A stretch of DNA of 48,352 bases from Guillardia theta CCMP2712 (taxonomy: Eukaryota > Protista > Cryptophyta), in NCBI RefSeq assembly GCF_000315625.1, contig NW_005434419.1, positions 1-48,352 of the forward strand, in the 5' to 3' direction. Made by a program: the position numbers and the translations under genes. The notes beneath the pieces were generated by a model, which had not been told where the DNA came from, ran no database searches, and saw nothing but the letters and a program-made list of their open reading frames with translations. Positions within the stretch are counted from its first letter, which is position 1. Each line of letters begins with the position of its first letter. Below, one piece after another: positions 11,539 through 23,266 of this stretch.

Positions 11539-11904
11539 TGGGTTTCGAACTGGCGCCCTTATGGATGAGAACTCTCGCTCAACCCTCTGGACAACCGGTG
11601 TTGCTATGTGTGTGACATTTAGGCTTTATAATCCATTTTACTACCTCCCTATAATAGTTTTACAAGAACCCTACCCCCCTGCACAACAGTGAATGGTCAG
11701 GGTCAGGAACTACCCTATGGGACTCCCCGGAATCACTTTTTCCTTGGTAGTGGCTATGCACGACGCCCACTGTTCGTAGCGTCGATCCGCAAGCAGGTCA
11801 TGTTCAACATGGACAATGATGTCCTCAGGGACTGTTAGGGTTCTTAACATAATCTCGTTCTTCAACCACAACCAGGCTTCTTCACGTCATTTCGTTTCAT
11901 TCAT

Positions 11905-12681
11905 TCATTTCTTAGTTTTAGTGCTCAGAACAGATGGGTGTGTCTGCCATTCTTCTTCAACATTCACCTCCTGTGACAGCTTCAACAGAGCTTCTTCAAC
12001 CTGTAAGTTAGAGATCTCAGTGACTATGTCCATGTGAAGATCGATCAATCTGATGTACCCTGTTCGTGAGCTTAGCATAAAGCTCCTCCTCCACGCTTGT
12101 TGTCGTCCACGCGTCTTCAATCCCATGCTCTTTTCTTGCCTCCTCCCTCTTCTGTCGGTATTCATCCAACAGATCCTTCACATGGATAGGCTCTCCTACA
12201 GAAACATCAGATTCCTGATGCATCTTCCAGAGTTTTCTTAACCGATTCGTATGGTAACCTTGTTTCCCGTCTGCAATGGACTAAGGCGTCATGTGCTCGT
12301 CGGAGACCAGGAGCAGAGTCACCTTGGGAGGAAAGCTCTGGGCCCGGCTGTTAGGAAACTGAGGCAGCACTCTGTGCATCCCTGTGTGGTAGAATGGAAG
12401 AACAATCGGACTTTGCTCCTCGCAGTACCTGAGGAATGAGTCACGAGCCACCTCGTAGGTGCGACGGGCGTGTACGCAGACAGGAGGGGAGAAAGTCACT
12501 TACGCGATCAGCTTCCCTACTCCTGGACGAAGAGGGCCGAGCCTGAGGGGAGGAACAGAGGTCACGAGTGCTCGACTCGATCCCATGTCACCTGCGATCC
12601 TCATTCCGCAGCTTCCATGGTTGCCAGATCCTTCCCTCAGGGAAGATGTGACACCATCCTCCTACACACGCATCAGTCAGA

Positions 12682-12719
<38 letters not shown>

Positions 12720-13681
12720 TCCTTCCTTCCTTCCTGCTTCTCTCCCTCTCTGTCATCTCGCCCCCTTGCCTGCTTCCTTTTCCCCTTGTTCGCTTCCGTT
12801 GCGCGTCTCTCCCTCCCTCCCAATCCTCGCCTCTCTCCCTTCCTCTTGCGCTAGTGCGATACCTTTCCTGGCTTTTTCAGCAAAGATTCTAAAGGCTTCC
12901 TGGTCCCTGCCGGCAAGCCGTTAACGATCTCAAGTCTTTTGTGCTTGAATACATGTTGCGATTTCTGTAGATTGGAAGACCTCTCGCCGCATAGAAGAAC
13001 AGCTGAACGAGCGTGTTCACTGCTGAACCATAGCACACAGCAGCACGGGGTTTACCTGCGCAAAGATCGGGCCCAGGCGGAAGAACATTCCATCATGGCA
13101 CAGACTGTAACGCAGCTCCCACTGCTTGATCGGCCAAGGGATCAAGGTAGAGAAGAGGAGAGGCTCGTCCAGAGAGGAGCAGTGATTCGAGACTGTGATG
13201 AGCGGTGCTCCCCGAGGACGGGAGCTGATCAGCTTAGTGAGCCGATCATGATTCTTGATCTCAACCTTGTTCAGGATGTACATGAAGGGTTTCCTGGGCC
13301 CCCAGTCAGTGCATCACCGTGCCAGCAGCTGCGTGCTCACTGGATGAAGGTGTCGAAGACAAACACAAAGAGCTGCCCGTAGATCTCGCGCAGGAGGATA
13401 AGAAACTTGACCAGCAAGAATCGCGTCAGGGAGAGCAGGGACGTTGTCCCCTTTGAACGGCTCGCGGCGCCTCCTCCGGTTGCTGGCGTCTGGCTAGAAG
13501 CAGACATTCTCGTCCTCGCGAACCCTCCGCTGCTCTTGGGGCGGGGAGGCACTCGTTGAGAGAGTTGAGAGGGGAAGTGCCGACCGCGCGCATTGAGCTG
13601 GACAAACTGTGAGGGGGCGAAAGCGGACGCCATGGACATGTGCGCGGCAATAAGGCCCAGCAGAAGCCACGAGGCTCTCAT
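11905..13681 (-). CDS. Tafazzin-family phospholipid acyltransferase/transacylase with ASAFAP-type bipartite plastid-targeting leader, multi-exon (3' end approximate)
   Basis: Leader MRASWLLLGLIAAHMSMASAFAP; tafazzin motifs PLITVSNHCSSLDEPLLF (HX4D), LRYSL, GWCHIFPEGRI, LGPLRPGVGKLI, PIVLPFYHTGMHRVLP, TGNKVTIRIG and GEPIHVKDLL. Confidence 0.88.
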
Positions 13682-14115
13682 GTGGTGATGCCTGTTGTCA
13701 ATAGCGTCTCAGTTCATCTTCCTCTATAAGTCGTCACAGAAGCGTGAAATCTCTAGCTCATGCGCTTGCTTATGCTTCGTATGAATTCCACTACATTTCC
13801 ATCCCCTAGGGCATCCCGAAACAATACTGAGTAATGTTTTCATCTCCTCATCGTCTCCTTTCTCACACCATTACTCGCTGGCTACCTCTCTGCGTGACGT
13901 TCCTCCTCCTCCTCCTCCCTCTCTCTCTCCGCTCTCCACTTCCTATCGCTTTCTTTGCCGCTGCGGCCGCGGCCATGGCCCGGGATCCAGAGGTTTTGCC
14001 AAATTTTCAAAGTTCGAAACTTCTGAAGCCGAAAAGTTTAAAATTAAAGTTCAAAACATGTAACTTGTTCAAAGTTGCTGAAGTTTCTCCAGGTTTGTGG
14101 TGGGGCGGGCCTGCC

Positions 14116-15491
14116 ATGGCGGACTCCTTCCTGGATGGCGAGAGGGAGCGGCGGCGGCGAGGAGGAGGGGGAGGGGGAGGGGGAGGAGGGAAGAAAGGGA
14201 AGGAAGATAGACAAGCATTCTTAGCACGAACGCAGGCACAGCGAGCAGCGAGGCAGCAGAGCAGGCAAGAGGTCAATGCTGCGGTGTCGATTCAGGCGTG
14301 GTTGCGAGGTCGAAGAGCGGCGGCGGCTCTGGGGAGGGAGATGGTCAAGGAGCTCCACACTGTCTTGGATGGTGAGAAGAAAGAGGAGCTGAGAGGATGG
14401 GCGCGAGTGAGCGATATCATGAAGCGGATGAGATCACAGCGAGGGGAGAGGGAACTTGTCCTGCGAGCAACCCAACTCGTGTCGAACGAGTTCAAGGACG
14501 TGTCTGAGGAGAGTTACATCCAGCGAGGGCTGAGGGAAGAAAAGAGCATGTTATGCTTGCAGCTCAAGAGAATGTGCTACTTGGTCTGCCAACAACTGGT
14601 GGGTGTTGCTGACAGATGTGTTTCTGTGACTCTGTGTTGATGACGCCTCTTCCTCCTTCTCTTTGCAGTACGTTTTTTCTCGTCCACATGCATGGGTGTG
14701 TTTGTGTAACAACAATATGTTGAGCTGCTTTCGCACCAGCGATGTGTGTGTCTCGCTCTCATGCGAGCTTGACTTATCGTGGACAGGCTGGAACTCGTTG
14801 GATGATCGATGGAGACAGGGAGGTCAGCAGCAGCTACACGCAACTAACCTTGCCCTCTGACACTTCTGCACCCAGGACTTGATGTCTCTGCTGCAGTTCT
14901 TGTACTTCTTCTCCGACCCCTCCCTCCCGCAGCGATGGCAGGAGGCGCCCGCTGGCACTTTCAGGAGCATGCGGGGAGAGGTAGCTGACTGTCTGCACGC
15001 AGCTGCGCGGAGGTTTGACTCTTCCCTCAGATCCTGTTCAGCATTGTGCAGGAGGGGCGCCTCTACACAAGCATCAGGCTCCTCCTCCTCGACCCGTCCT
15101 GGCAGGACATGGATGCTGCAGGGTCCAACCAGAAGCCCGCTGGTCAATTCCATCTAATCCTCAGCTCGCTGCTCTGGGCCATCGCGCTGCACCCTCTTAG
15201 CCACTCGTCGCCTCCTCCTGGCAAGCAGCATGCGGTGGCCTTCGAGTTCGCTCGGGAGATCCTCTCCATCCCTCAGGTCGAAGAGCTCCCTTCCTCTCCG
15301 CTAGCATCCTTCACACGCTGACGCTGCGCTGAAAGGTCCTGAGCAAAGTTCCTGCTATGATTCAGAGCTCCCTCACTCACCACACTGTCTGGCCCAAGGT
15401 GGGAAGTGGGGTGGACCGGCATTGCTGTGACGTGGGCCTGCAGCTGATTTATGCGATCGGCAACAGCGAGGCTGCATCGGACTCGTCAGGG

Positions 15492-15528
<37 letters not shown>

Positions 15529-18500
15529 GGCAGATAGGTCTCATATCCCCGTCGTAATGTTTCACTAAGGGTGGGATGGAGGTGAAGGTGCGACTGCGGT
15601 GGCAGCAGATCGAGCGATGGATCTGTTCACCAACGTCGTCGAGATCGCCAACGTCAGGCCCATCCACGGCCTCCAGCCGCTCTACCTCTCTGGTTTGTCA
15701 GCTCGAGTTCCAGCTGGGCAGTGATTGAGTCTCGTCCCAGCTCTGTTGAGGCTCGTCGACAAGATTCCGAGCAGCGGCTGGACGATGTCTAAGATGTGAG
15801 CATCTCCTCCTCCTCCTTTCCTGTCTGCTGTAGCATCCCTCCGTCCCTCCCTCCCTCCCTCCCTCCCTCCCTCCCTCCCTCCCTCCCTCCCTCCCTCCCT
15901 CCCTCCCTCCTCTCCCTCCTCTCCCTCCTTCCCCTCCCTCCTCTCCCTCCTCTCCTTCCTCTTCCTCCTTCCCTTCCCTTTCCCTTCCTCCCTCCCTCCC
16001 TTCCTCGCCCCCTCCGCCCTCCCCGTCTTCCTCCCTCTTCTCACCCTTCCCTTCGCCCGGGCTGAGGAAAACATTCTGCAGCCAAGCCCAGCAGCTCGCG
16101 CCGCTGCATAAGCCGAAGCACATCCACTGGCTGTTGCTGGGGTTGGGAGGTAGAGGGGAGGGAGAGGAAGGGAAGGCGCTTGAGATAGGAGCCGAGCTGA
16201 AGATAGAAACCCTCAGTCTCAAGGTGAGGGAGGCTGATTGCTGTCACTGTCCGCCATGTCCAGCTGAACTCCAGCAGAGCTGGAGCTTCGTGGAGTGGTC
16301 GAAGATCTACTCTGACGTCCGGAAGCTGAGAAATTCTGATGGGAAACCCAAGTACACGAACGAGATCGTCTCCTTCTGCCAGCTGTATGGGTGAGAGAAA
16401 TGCAGTCACTGATTTTCAGTTGCTGATCCTCCTCCCTGTCTTCCGTCCTCCTTCCTCCTCCTCCTCCTCCTCCTCCTGTCCTCCTCCTCCTGTCCTCCTC
16501 CTGTCCTCCGCTCCCTTCTCCACACAACTGCTCCCTCCTCCACTACCTTCTCCTCCTTCTCCTCCTCCTCCTCCACTGATACCATCACCAGGAAGCTTCT
16601 TCGTCTCTGGACGGTGGCGAACGTTCAGGTCTTGAACGCCATCTCCTTCGACAGCCCTGTGCACGTGAGCCTCTGGTCATGGTTGCGATGCTCGAACTTG
16701 CTGCAAGGATACATCGATGAGGGAACAGAGGTGAGGGAGGAGGAGGGAGGAGGAGTAGCAGCAGCAGCAGGTGGTGGTGGAGCAGCAGCAGCAGCAGCAG
16801 CAGCAAAGCATGGCGGAGGTGGTGGGGAGGGCAGGGGGCTTGGAAGGCAGAACAAGGGGCCGGTGAATGGAGGGTGGGAAGACAAAGACGTGGAGGAAGG
16901 AGGCAGGAATGGAGGCAGGAAGGGGACCGAGGAGGGGAGCACGAGCATAAACAGGAGGAAGCAGGATCATGAACTCGGTCTCACCCTCCTCTCTCTTTCC
17001 AGGCCGGGATAGTGGGGGATGTAGCCTTCCTGTTCTGCAAGTGCTACCTGCACCGCCTCATGGTCACTGACGACACTGAGTTCTACGAGCAGCAGGTCAG
17101 GACCTGGTTGCGTCTCCTATCGCTTCCTCCGCTGATCTCTGTCCCAGGTTCCCTTCCCTCTGAACCAACTGGTCGAGATGGCGCTCTTGATCAGACAGGC
17201 AAGATCCTCCTGCTCCTGCTCATGCTCCCGCTCCCGCTCCTGCTCCCGCTCCTGCTCCACCACCACCTCCCCCTCTCCAACAGACTGAAGGGGGTTGAAC
17301 TTGCAGTACGTAAACCGTCGGTTCTGGGGAGCGGACAACGTCTCCTCCTCTGCTGCTGCCCGACAGGCTGTGGCCTCTGCTGAGTCGACCAGGGACATCC
17401 GGCAACAGCAGCGGGAGGCCGCGACCATGGTGGGCAGTTCATACTGGCGTGCACAGGCCTGTCTGACTTGAAATTTCCACCCCTTCCTATGCAGCTCCTC
17501 CATCAGCTCTATGACCGGAACGCGCGAAGAGAATTTTGTCCGCTGGAGATATGGTTTGGCTCTCTCCTTCTTTCCTCCCCCCACCTTTCCTTGCCCCCAA
17601 CCCTCCATCATCGCCTCCACTTGCTCTTCTTTCGTCCCTCCCCTTCTCTACTTTCCTTCTTCCTTTCCCTTGTTTCTTGTGCCCATTGGTTCATTCCTGC
17701 TCCACTTCCTCCCCGTCCCGTTCGCCCTGCCGGAGTCTCCGGTCCCTTTATGTCTTGAAGCTATGTCATGACTTATCCCTGCAAGAAATTACTTTCCTCC
17801 TCCTCCTCCTCCTCCCTGCTCCTCCTCCTGCTCGTCCCTCCTCCTTCCTTCACTTCCTTCCTCCTACCTCCTCCTCCTCCTCCTCCTCCTCCTCCTCCTC
17901 CTCCTCCACCCATTCCCAAGCCCCCCCCCCCCCCCCTCCTTCCTCCTCCTCCCCCTCTCCCTTTCTTGCTCATCTTCCTTCCCCCAGGCTGCAGAAAGGT
18001 TTCAAGATGGACGCGTTTGGCATCGACTCCACCGCTGAGGACAGCCAGACGCTCGTCGTCCTCCGCGAGTTCCCCCACGTGATCCCGCTGAAAGAGAGGG
18101 TCCAGATCTTCCAGCGGCTGATCGAAGAGGAGAAGAAGAGCCAGCAGTGGCCGACCTCCCTTGTCAAGATCAGGAGGCAGAGGATAGTGGAGGACGGCTT
18201 CAACAAGCTCGGAGTCCTCAGGGAGGAGCTCAAGGGGGTGGTCAAAGTCCTCTTCGTCAACGAGAGCGGGCTCGACGAGTCCGGCATCGACATGGGGGGC
18301 CTGTACAAGGAGTTTCTGACCCATTTCATCGAGCGAGCCTTCCATCCTGACTACGGCCTCTTCAAGTACTCAGCTGAGAGGCAGCTCTTCCCTAACCCCC
18401 ACAGCCACATGATGGTTCACTCCCACTTGGACTACTTCGCGTTCCTGGGGAGGATGCTGGGGAAGGCCATGTACGATGGCATCCAGATGGACCTCTCGTT

Positions 18501-19266
18501 CTGCGGCTTCTTCCTCTCCAAGCTCCTGGGCAAGCACAACTACCTCGACGAGCTGCCGTCGCTCGACCCGGCCCTGCACAAGAATCTCATGTACCTCAAG
18601 AACTACGAGGGGGACGTCCGTGACCTCTCCCTCGACTTCACCGTCACCACCGACGAGATGGGAGGAGGGGAGGTGGAAGAGCTGGTCCCAGGAGGCTCCA
18701 ACATCGAGGTTACCTCCTCCAACAAGATCCAGTACATCCACCTCGTGGCCGACTATCGTCTCAACAAGCAGATCAAGCGGCAGTGCGAAGCCTTCCTGCG
18801 AGGCTTCCAGGACGTGATCCGCGTGGAGTGGATCAGGTTCTTCAACCCGGTGGAGCTGCAGGTGCTGATCAGCGGGGAAGACGACGGCGGGTTCGACGTC
18901 GAGGACCTCAAGGCTCACACGGTCTACTCTGGGGGATATACCTCCCTCGACAGCACTTGCCGGAGGTTCTGGAAGGTCGTGGCGCAGTTCTCGAGCAAGG
19001 AGAAGTCAGCTCTCCTCAAGTTCGTCACCTCCTGCCCGCGCCCTCCCCTCCTTGGCTTTGCCTCCCTCCAGCCTCCCTTCACCATCCATCGCGTTCACTC
19101 CGACAAGGGCTTCTGGGACTACATGACGGGCAAGTCGGAGGATCGCCTTCCGACCTCAAGCACCTGCATGAACCTCCTGAAGCTCCCTCCTTACCCGAGC
19201 TCCTCCAACCTCCGCGACAAGCTCCTCTATGCCATCACGGCTAACGCCGGGTTCGAACTCTCGTGA
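14116..19266 (+). CDS. HECT E3 ubiquitin ligase, UBE3B/UBE3C (plant UPL6/7)-like, with N-terminal IQ motif; multi-exon
   Basis: N-terminal RQAFLARTQAQRAARQ...AAVSIQAWLRGRR (IQ); internal LLHQLYDRNARREFCP; terminal exon ~17989-19266 is a full HECT domain (ESGIDMGGLYKEFL, FLGRMLGKAMYDG, LLKFVTSCPRPPLLGF, RLPTSSTCMNLLKLPPY, GFELS*) with the catalytic Cys. Confidence 0.95.
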
Positions 19267-19856
19267 GCATGCCATGACTCCGATGAAAGTAGTTGGTCTT
19301 TCAAGTTAGTTGTACATACAGCAGTCGCGGTCTAACAGTAACTTGGGTAACTCCGGCCCGTGCGACATCCGGCATGTTGAAATGATGTACGGCTACTATG
19401 ATGTTTGACTACCGACTCCGTGGATCTTGAAGTCTCCTCTTCCTCGGAGTTCATACTGGTTCCACTCATTTACAACAAGTAGAGATGCTGACTGTACAGT
19501 AACAAGTCATCACACTCCATGAGTTGAAAGTTAGAATGATGCGACACTACAAGGTTGAATTCACTATGGTGCAACCGCCCTGCCGCTATTGTGAGACAAT
19601 AAAATTGACATAAAAACTAAAGGAAAAGTATTGAACCTACTTCGAATCCTACTGACATTTTATCTTTTTTCATTTTCTGTCACTACAAGTAGCACTTGGC
19701 GCCCCGTTGGCTCGAGTCTGAGTTAGCTTCATCTTCTGCAAGCAGACACACTTGGGGACGGACACTTGAAATGATTCCCTTGAGATATCTGCTTCTTGGC
19801 CTGGTTCCCGTCAGGGACGTCAAGTTACTAGCATCGCGGTCCCACTTGTTTGCCTG

Positions 19857-19975
19857 GTCAGCTACGAGGATGAGCTTGGGTCCTAGGACCTCACTCAGAG
19901 CACTTGACCCAACCTTGTCAGCTACGAGGATGAGCTTGGGTCCTAGGACCTCACTCAGAGTACTCCCAACCTTCT
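19857..19975. repeat. 60-bp-period tandem repeat (2 copies)
   Basis: gtcagctacgaggatgagcttgggtcctaggacctcactcagag is identical at 19857 and 19917. Confidence 0.9.
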
Positions 19976-20100
19976 CAGCCGCTCGCGGGCGGGCAAGGAT
20001 CTCAGCCACAAGCTCTTGGAATTCATATCTCAATCTGGTGTGCTGGATACTGGGGGTTGATGATGCGGCGAATCCAAGCTTTCATGTGATTGCTGTTGCA

Positions 20101-20733
20101 ATGGAGCTGCACAGAATGGACATGGAAAAGGAGCTGGGGCTGCAGAATGAAATGGAGGACAAGATGCACAGGAATCAAAAGTACCTTGCCCATTACTACA
20201 AGCGTGAAATATCCACCTTCACTCAAAGGTGTGCGTCTTGATTGAGATCTGCAGAATGATATTGATAACGCAGATACGTCCTTGAGGAGCTGTTCAGGGA
20301 AGTAGTGTGCATTGTTCAAGATTCCGAGGATCATGCGCTTCAATCTATGTTGCCGAAGACGGTTCTCAATACGATGCAGAGAGGAGAGATTTCTATGTCT
20401 GACGTATTTCGGCTCTTGAACGATCCGGAACACGCAAGCTTTCGACGGAATGTGTGGAAAACGATCGGGTTACCACAGGACCTTGTGTTACCCCCGTTTG
20501 ATCCAAGAACGATGATGTATGTGCAGCTCTCTGAAATGATACGCTGTTCACCAGGAAAGTATGTGTTTCTACATTCATATGCAGATGACAGAGAGATCAT
20601 ATTTTTCAGCGAGGTTGCAAAGCGTTTCGAGAAGAAGGTAGACTATTTCGACCCCGTGTCGGCATTTGCGGGAGAGAGGATCCTGAAAGCGGATGATTTC
20701 TTCCCGCACAACCGAACGAATTTTGAACCCTAA
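20101..20733 (+). CDS. Hypothetical ~195-aa protein, two exons (20101-20228, 20274-20733)
   Basis: A 45-nt GT-AG intron (20229-20273) joins MELHRMDMEK...STFTQR in frame to YVLEELFREVVCIVQD...HNRTNFEP*. Protein-like composition, no domain recognised. Confidence 0.55.
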
Positions 20734-21299
20734 ACCCAGAAGTCCAGGCCATGACTGGGACGGTCGGTTATCGTCTTCCCTTGCCGTGCATCGGGTTGCT
20801 CCAAGTCGGCCTTGTGCTCGGAGTCCTACCGCAGCAGTGCTGCAGGGCCCGGGAGAAAGGCAGGATGTAGACGTCACGGTGTTGTGTGAGGTGTTGGAAG
20901 TAAAGACTTAGTTTTGCAAGTTGCTACGGAGTCTGAGCATGACTAGCCGACTAGCCGTACCACTGCGGCAGAGTGACTCAGCTTCCGCCGGTAGCATTCA
21001 AGTGTCGAGGTCACAATCTAGATATCATAAGTTCACAGTCAGGTACGGTAGCCCGTCAGCGGTACCACTGATGGAACTTGGAGACAAGTCAGCCGCCGAG
21101 TTTTATTTACCGATTGAACAAGTGAGAGAACCCGATCCGATGATCGGCGCACTGCCTGCCGCAGGGCCGCACAATCATCGGATCATTGTGACAGGGATAC
21201 GAATAGACCGTGGCTCTGAGTCTGAGACTGAGAGCTGTCAACTGATAGCAGACCGTATCATTCAATGTATCGGACTCACCGTCCAGCCGGGAATCATGA

Positions 21300-22080
21300 G
21301 CGGCCGCAACTTGCCAAACGGCAGCGTCCGATCGCCGGACTCGGGAGGGCGGAAGCCGGCCGCGGGCCCGGCGGCCCGGCCAATCGGCGTGCCACTCACT
21401 GTCGCTGAGCCTCAGTGTAGCCTCCCGAGTCCCCCGCGAACGGCCCGATGACCGGCGGCGGCGGCCGCGTAAAGGGCCGGCCCCCCGGGCCCGGCCCGGC
21501 CGCGGGCGCCGCGCCGCCCCGGTGAAACTTTCAAGATGCACGCGGCACGCGCCGGCGGTGACGGCAAGCCGGGCCCGCAGTCCGGGCTTCAGTGACCGGG
21601 GGCCGCACGGTACTACGACGGTACTACCGTACCGCGGTACCGTCCGGCGGTCACCTACTGCCCGCCCGGGGACCGTACCGTGTACGGGCGGCGGCCGCAG
21701 TACGCCCCGACGGTACCGGCCGGTACCGTGTACGATACGGGCCGTGCCACGGTGTACGGTACGCCCCGGCCGGACTGAGCTTCTTCACGGCGTCCCGGCG
21801 AGGCAACCACCAGACGCCGTTACCGAGGTTCCGAGTGACTGCCGCTGAGGCCCGGGCGGGCTCCGACTCGGAGGCCCCCGCCAGTCCGATCACTCGGGCC
21901 CGGCCGGCCATTGCCCATCATGCGGCCGCCCGGCCCCGGGCCCGCCGCCGTACGGTACGGTACCGGGCCTCGATGATCGGATGGCCCGGCGGGCCCGGCG
22001 GGCCCGGCCAGTGCCCGCCAGCCTGGCAGGGTCAGGGCTGACTACCGTACGGTACGAATCGGAGGACCGTCCGACAGACC
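21300..22080. repeat. Very GC-rich degenerate palindromic repeat tract (CCGTACGG / GGTACC / CGGCCG / CCCGGG words)
   Basis: Dense words such as acggtactaccgtaccgcggtaccgt, ccgtacggtacggtaccggg and ggcccggcgggcccggcgggcccgg; ORFs here are low-complexity R/G/P/A shadows. Confidence 0.7.
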
Positions 22081-22129
22081 GACGAGTCGAATTTACGAAA
22101 TCTGCACCCCCACCCCCCGAACATGTCGG

Positions 22130-23100
22130 AAGCAGGAAAGTAAACTGGGTCATGGTACGTAGGGTGGTGGATGGTGGCGGTGGGTGGTAAGTTGGTTGTC
22201 AGAGATGAGGGAAACAGGGGTACCCATATCTGATGGGTGGTTGAGTAGTAATAGCGGATGGCGCAGGTGCAGGTGCCAGGTGCAGGTGGGCAGGCTCGGG
22301 GGGGGAGGGTAGGGAGGGTAAGTGGGGTAGGTGGTGGTGGTGGTTCGTAGAGAATCGAGGGGTGGGTGGTCGTTTCTCGAACAGTGACCCTGTGTAGTAA
22401 AAAAGACAGTCGAAATAGACTGATGAAGTGATTCACTTCCAGAACGAGAGGGTGGGGTACTAAGTGGGATATTGGGGGGTCATGGACCGATTAGCGCTGT
22501 AGGCAAGGGGTCGCTACGAAGGGTGGGTGGCACTCGCTCATTCCGGGGTAGAGAGGTGGTACATTCGTGGTATTCTGACGGGGTGGGGTAGTAGCTTATT
22601 ATGAACCTTATCTGTTCACCCACATTCTCCGGAAACTCCACTTGAGTGGGTAGGGTACCTGGTTTTTACGGGGTACAGGGTGGTACGGGCTGGAATGACC
22701 CGTCTTAAATGTACCAGTTGAGTAAAAGAGAATGGAAATGGGGGGTGGTGATGGGTGAAAATCAATTGCTTAGGGTGGTAGGGGTGGACCATTTAATTCT
22801 TGTATTTTGATGGCCTGGTGATGGGCTATGTCAGTGATGGGGTAGGTAGTAAATGTTGGGACATAGGGGTAGGGAGAGTGCCGGAATTTACGACATAGAA
22901 AAGGAGCAGGTAGGGGTGGGGGGTACAACCCGGATGGAGAAGGTTGGGGTGATGGTATGTTGGATAGAGGGGTGGGTAACTAGGGGTAGGGGTGGTGCGA
23001 CGGAAGGTTTCTAACCATGTGCAATGATTTGGCGGGGAAGCATGCAAGATGGTGGAATGGCCCGGGGAGTTGAGAGGAGGAATGGGGTATGGCGAAGATG
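22130..23100 (+). repeat. ~1-kb GGGT-rich strand-biased tract upstream of the membrane RelA/SpoT-like gene
   Basis: Many gggtgg/gggtag/ggggt motifs on the + strand and no credible ORF. Confidence 0.55.
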
Positions 23101-23266
23101 ATGATCTGATGGACTAACACTAGTGAGAGAGCTAAAATCTTGAACTTGCAAGCAGCTAGCTCTAAACTTTCACCTCGTCGATTTTCGAAACAAGGGACCA
23201 CTCTCCGGTATCGTGAAAGACAGTTCACAACATGGACGAGCGAGGTAGCTTAGATCAGACAAGTAT

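Noticed and set aside
11715-11880. Short minus-strand open frame EAWLWLKNEIMLRTLTVPEDIIVHVEHDLL downstream of the tafazzin-like gene
   Set aside because: No start codon, no clear splice link and no recognisable motif; cannot be supported as a gene.
6900-13681. Three probable plastid-targeted genes within 7 kb as a functional cluster
   Set aside because: The functions are unrelated and orientations are mixed; plastid-targeted genes are common enough for chance adjacency.
14000-14085. AAAGTTCAAAA word upstream of the HECT gene, repeated at 42077-42087, as a promoter motif
   Set aside because: Only two or three occurrences, inconsistent orientation, and a similar word appears at ~630 inside an intron.
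19857-19975. Direct repeats resembling a CRISPR array
   Set aside because: Only two copies with related intervening sequence, eukaryotic context and no cas genes; a simple tandem duplication.
20921-22190. Several 70-176-aa ORFs in the GC-rich palindromic tract
   Set aside because: Low-complexity R/G/P/A frames are open on both strands because stop codons are scarce; no domain signal.
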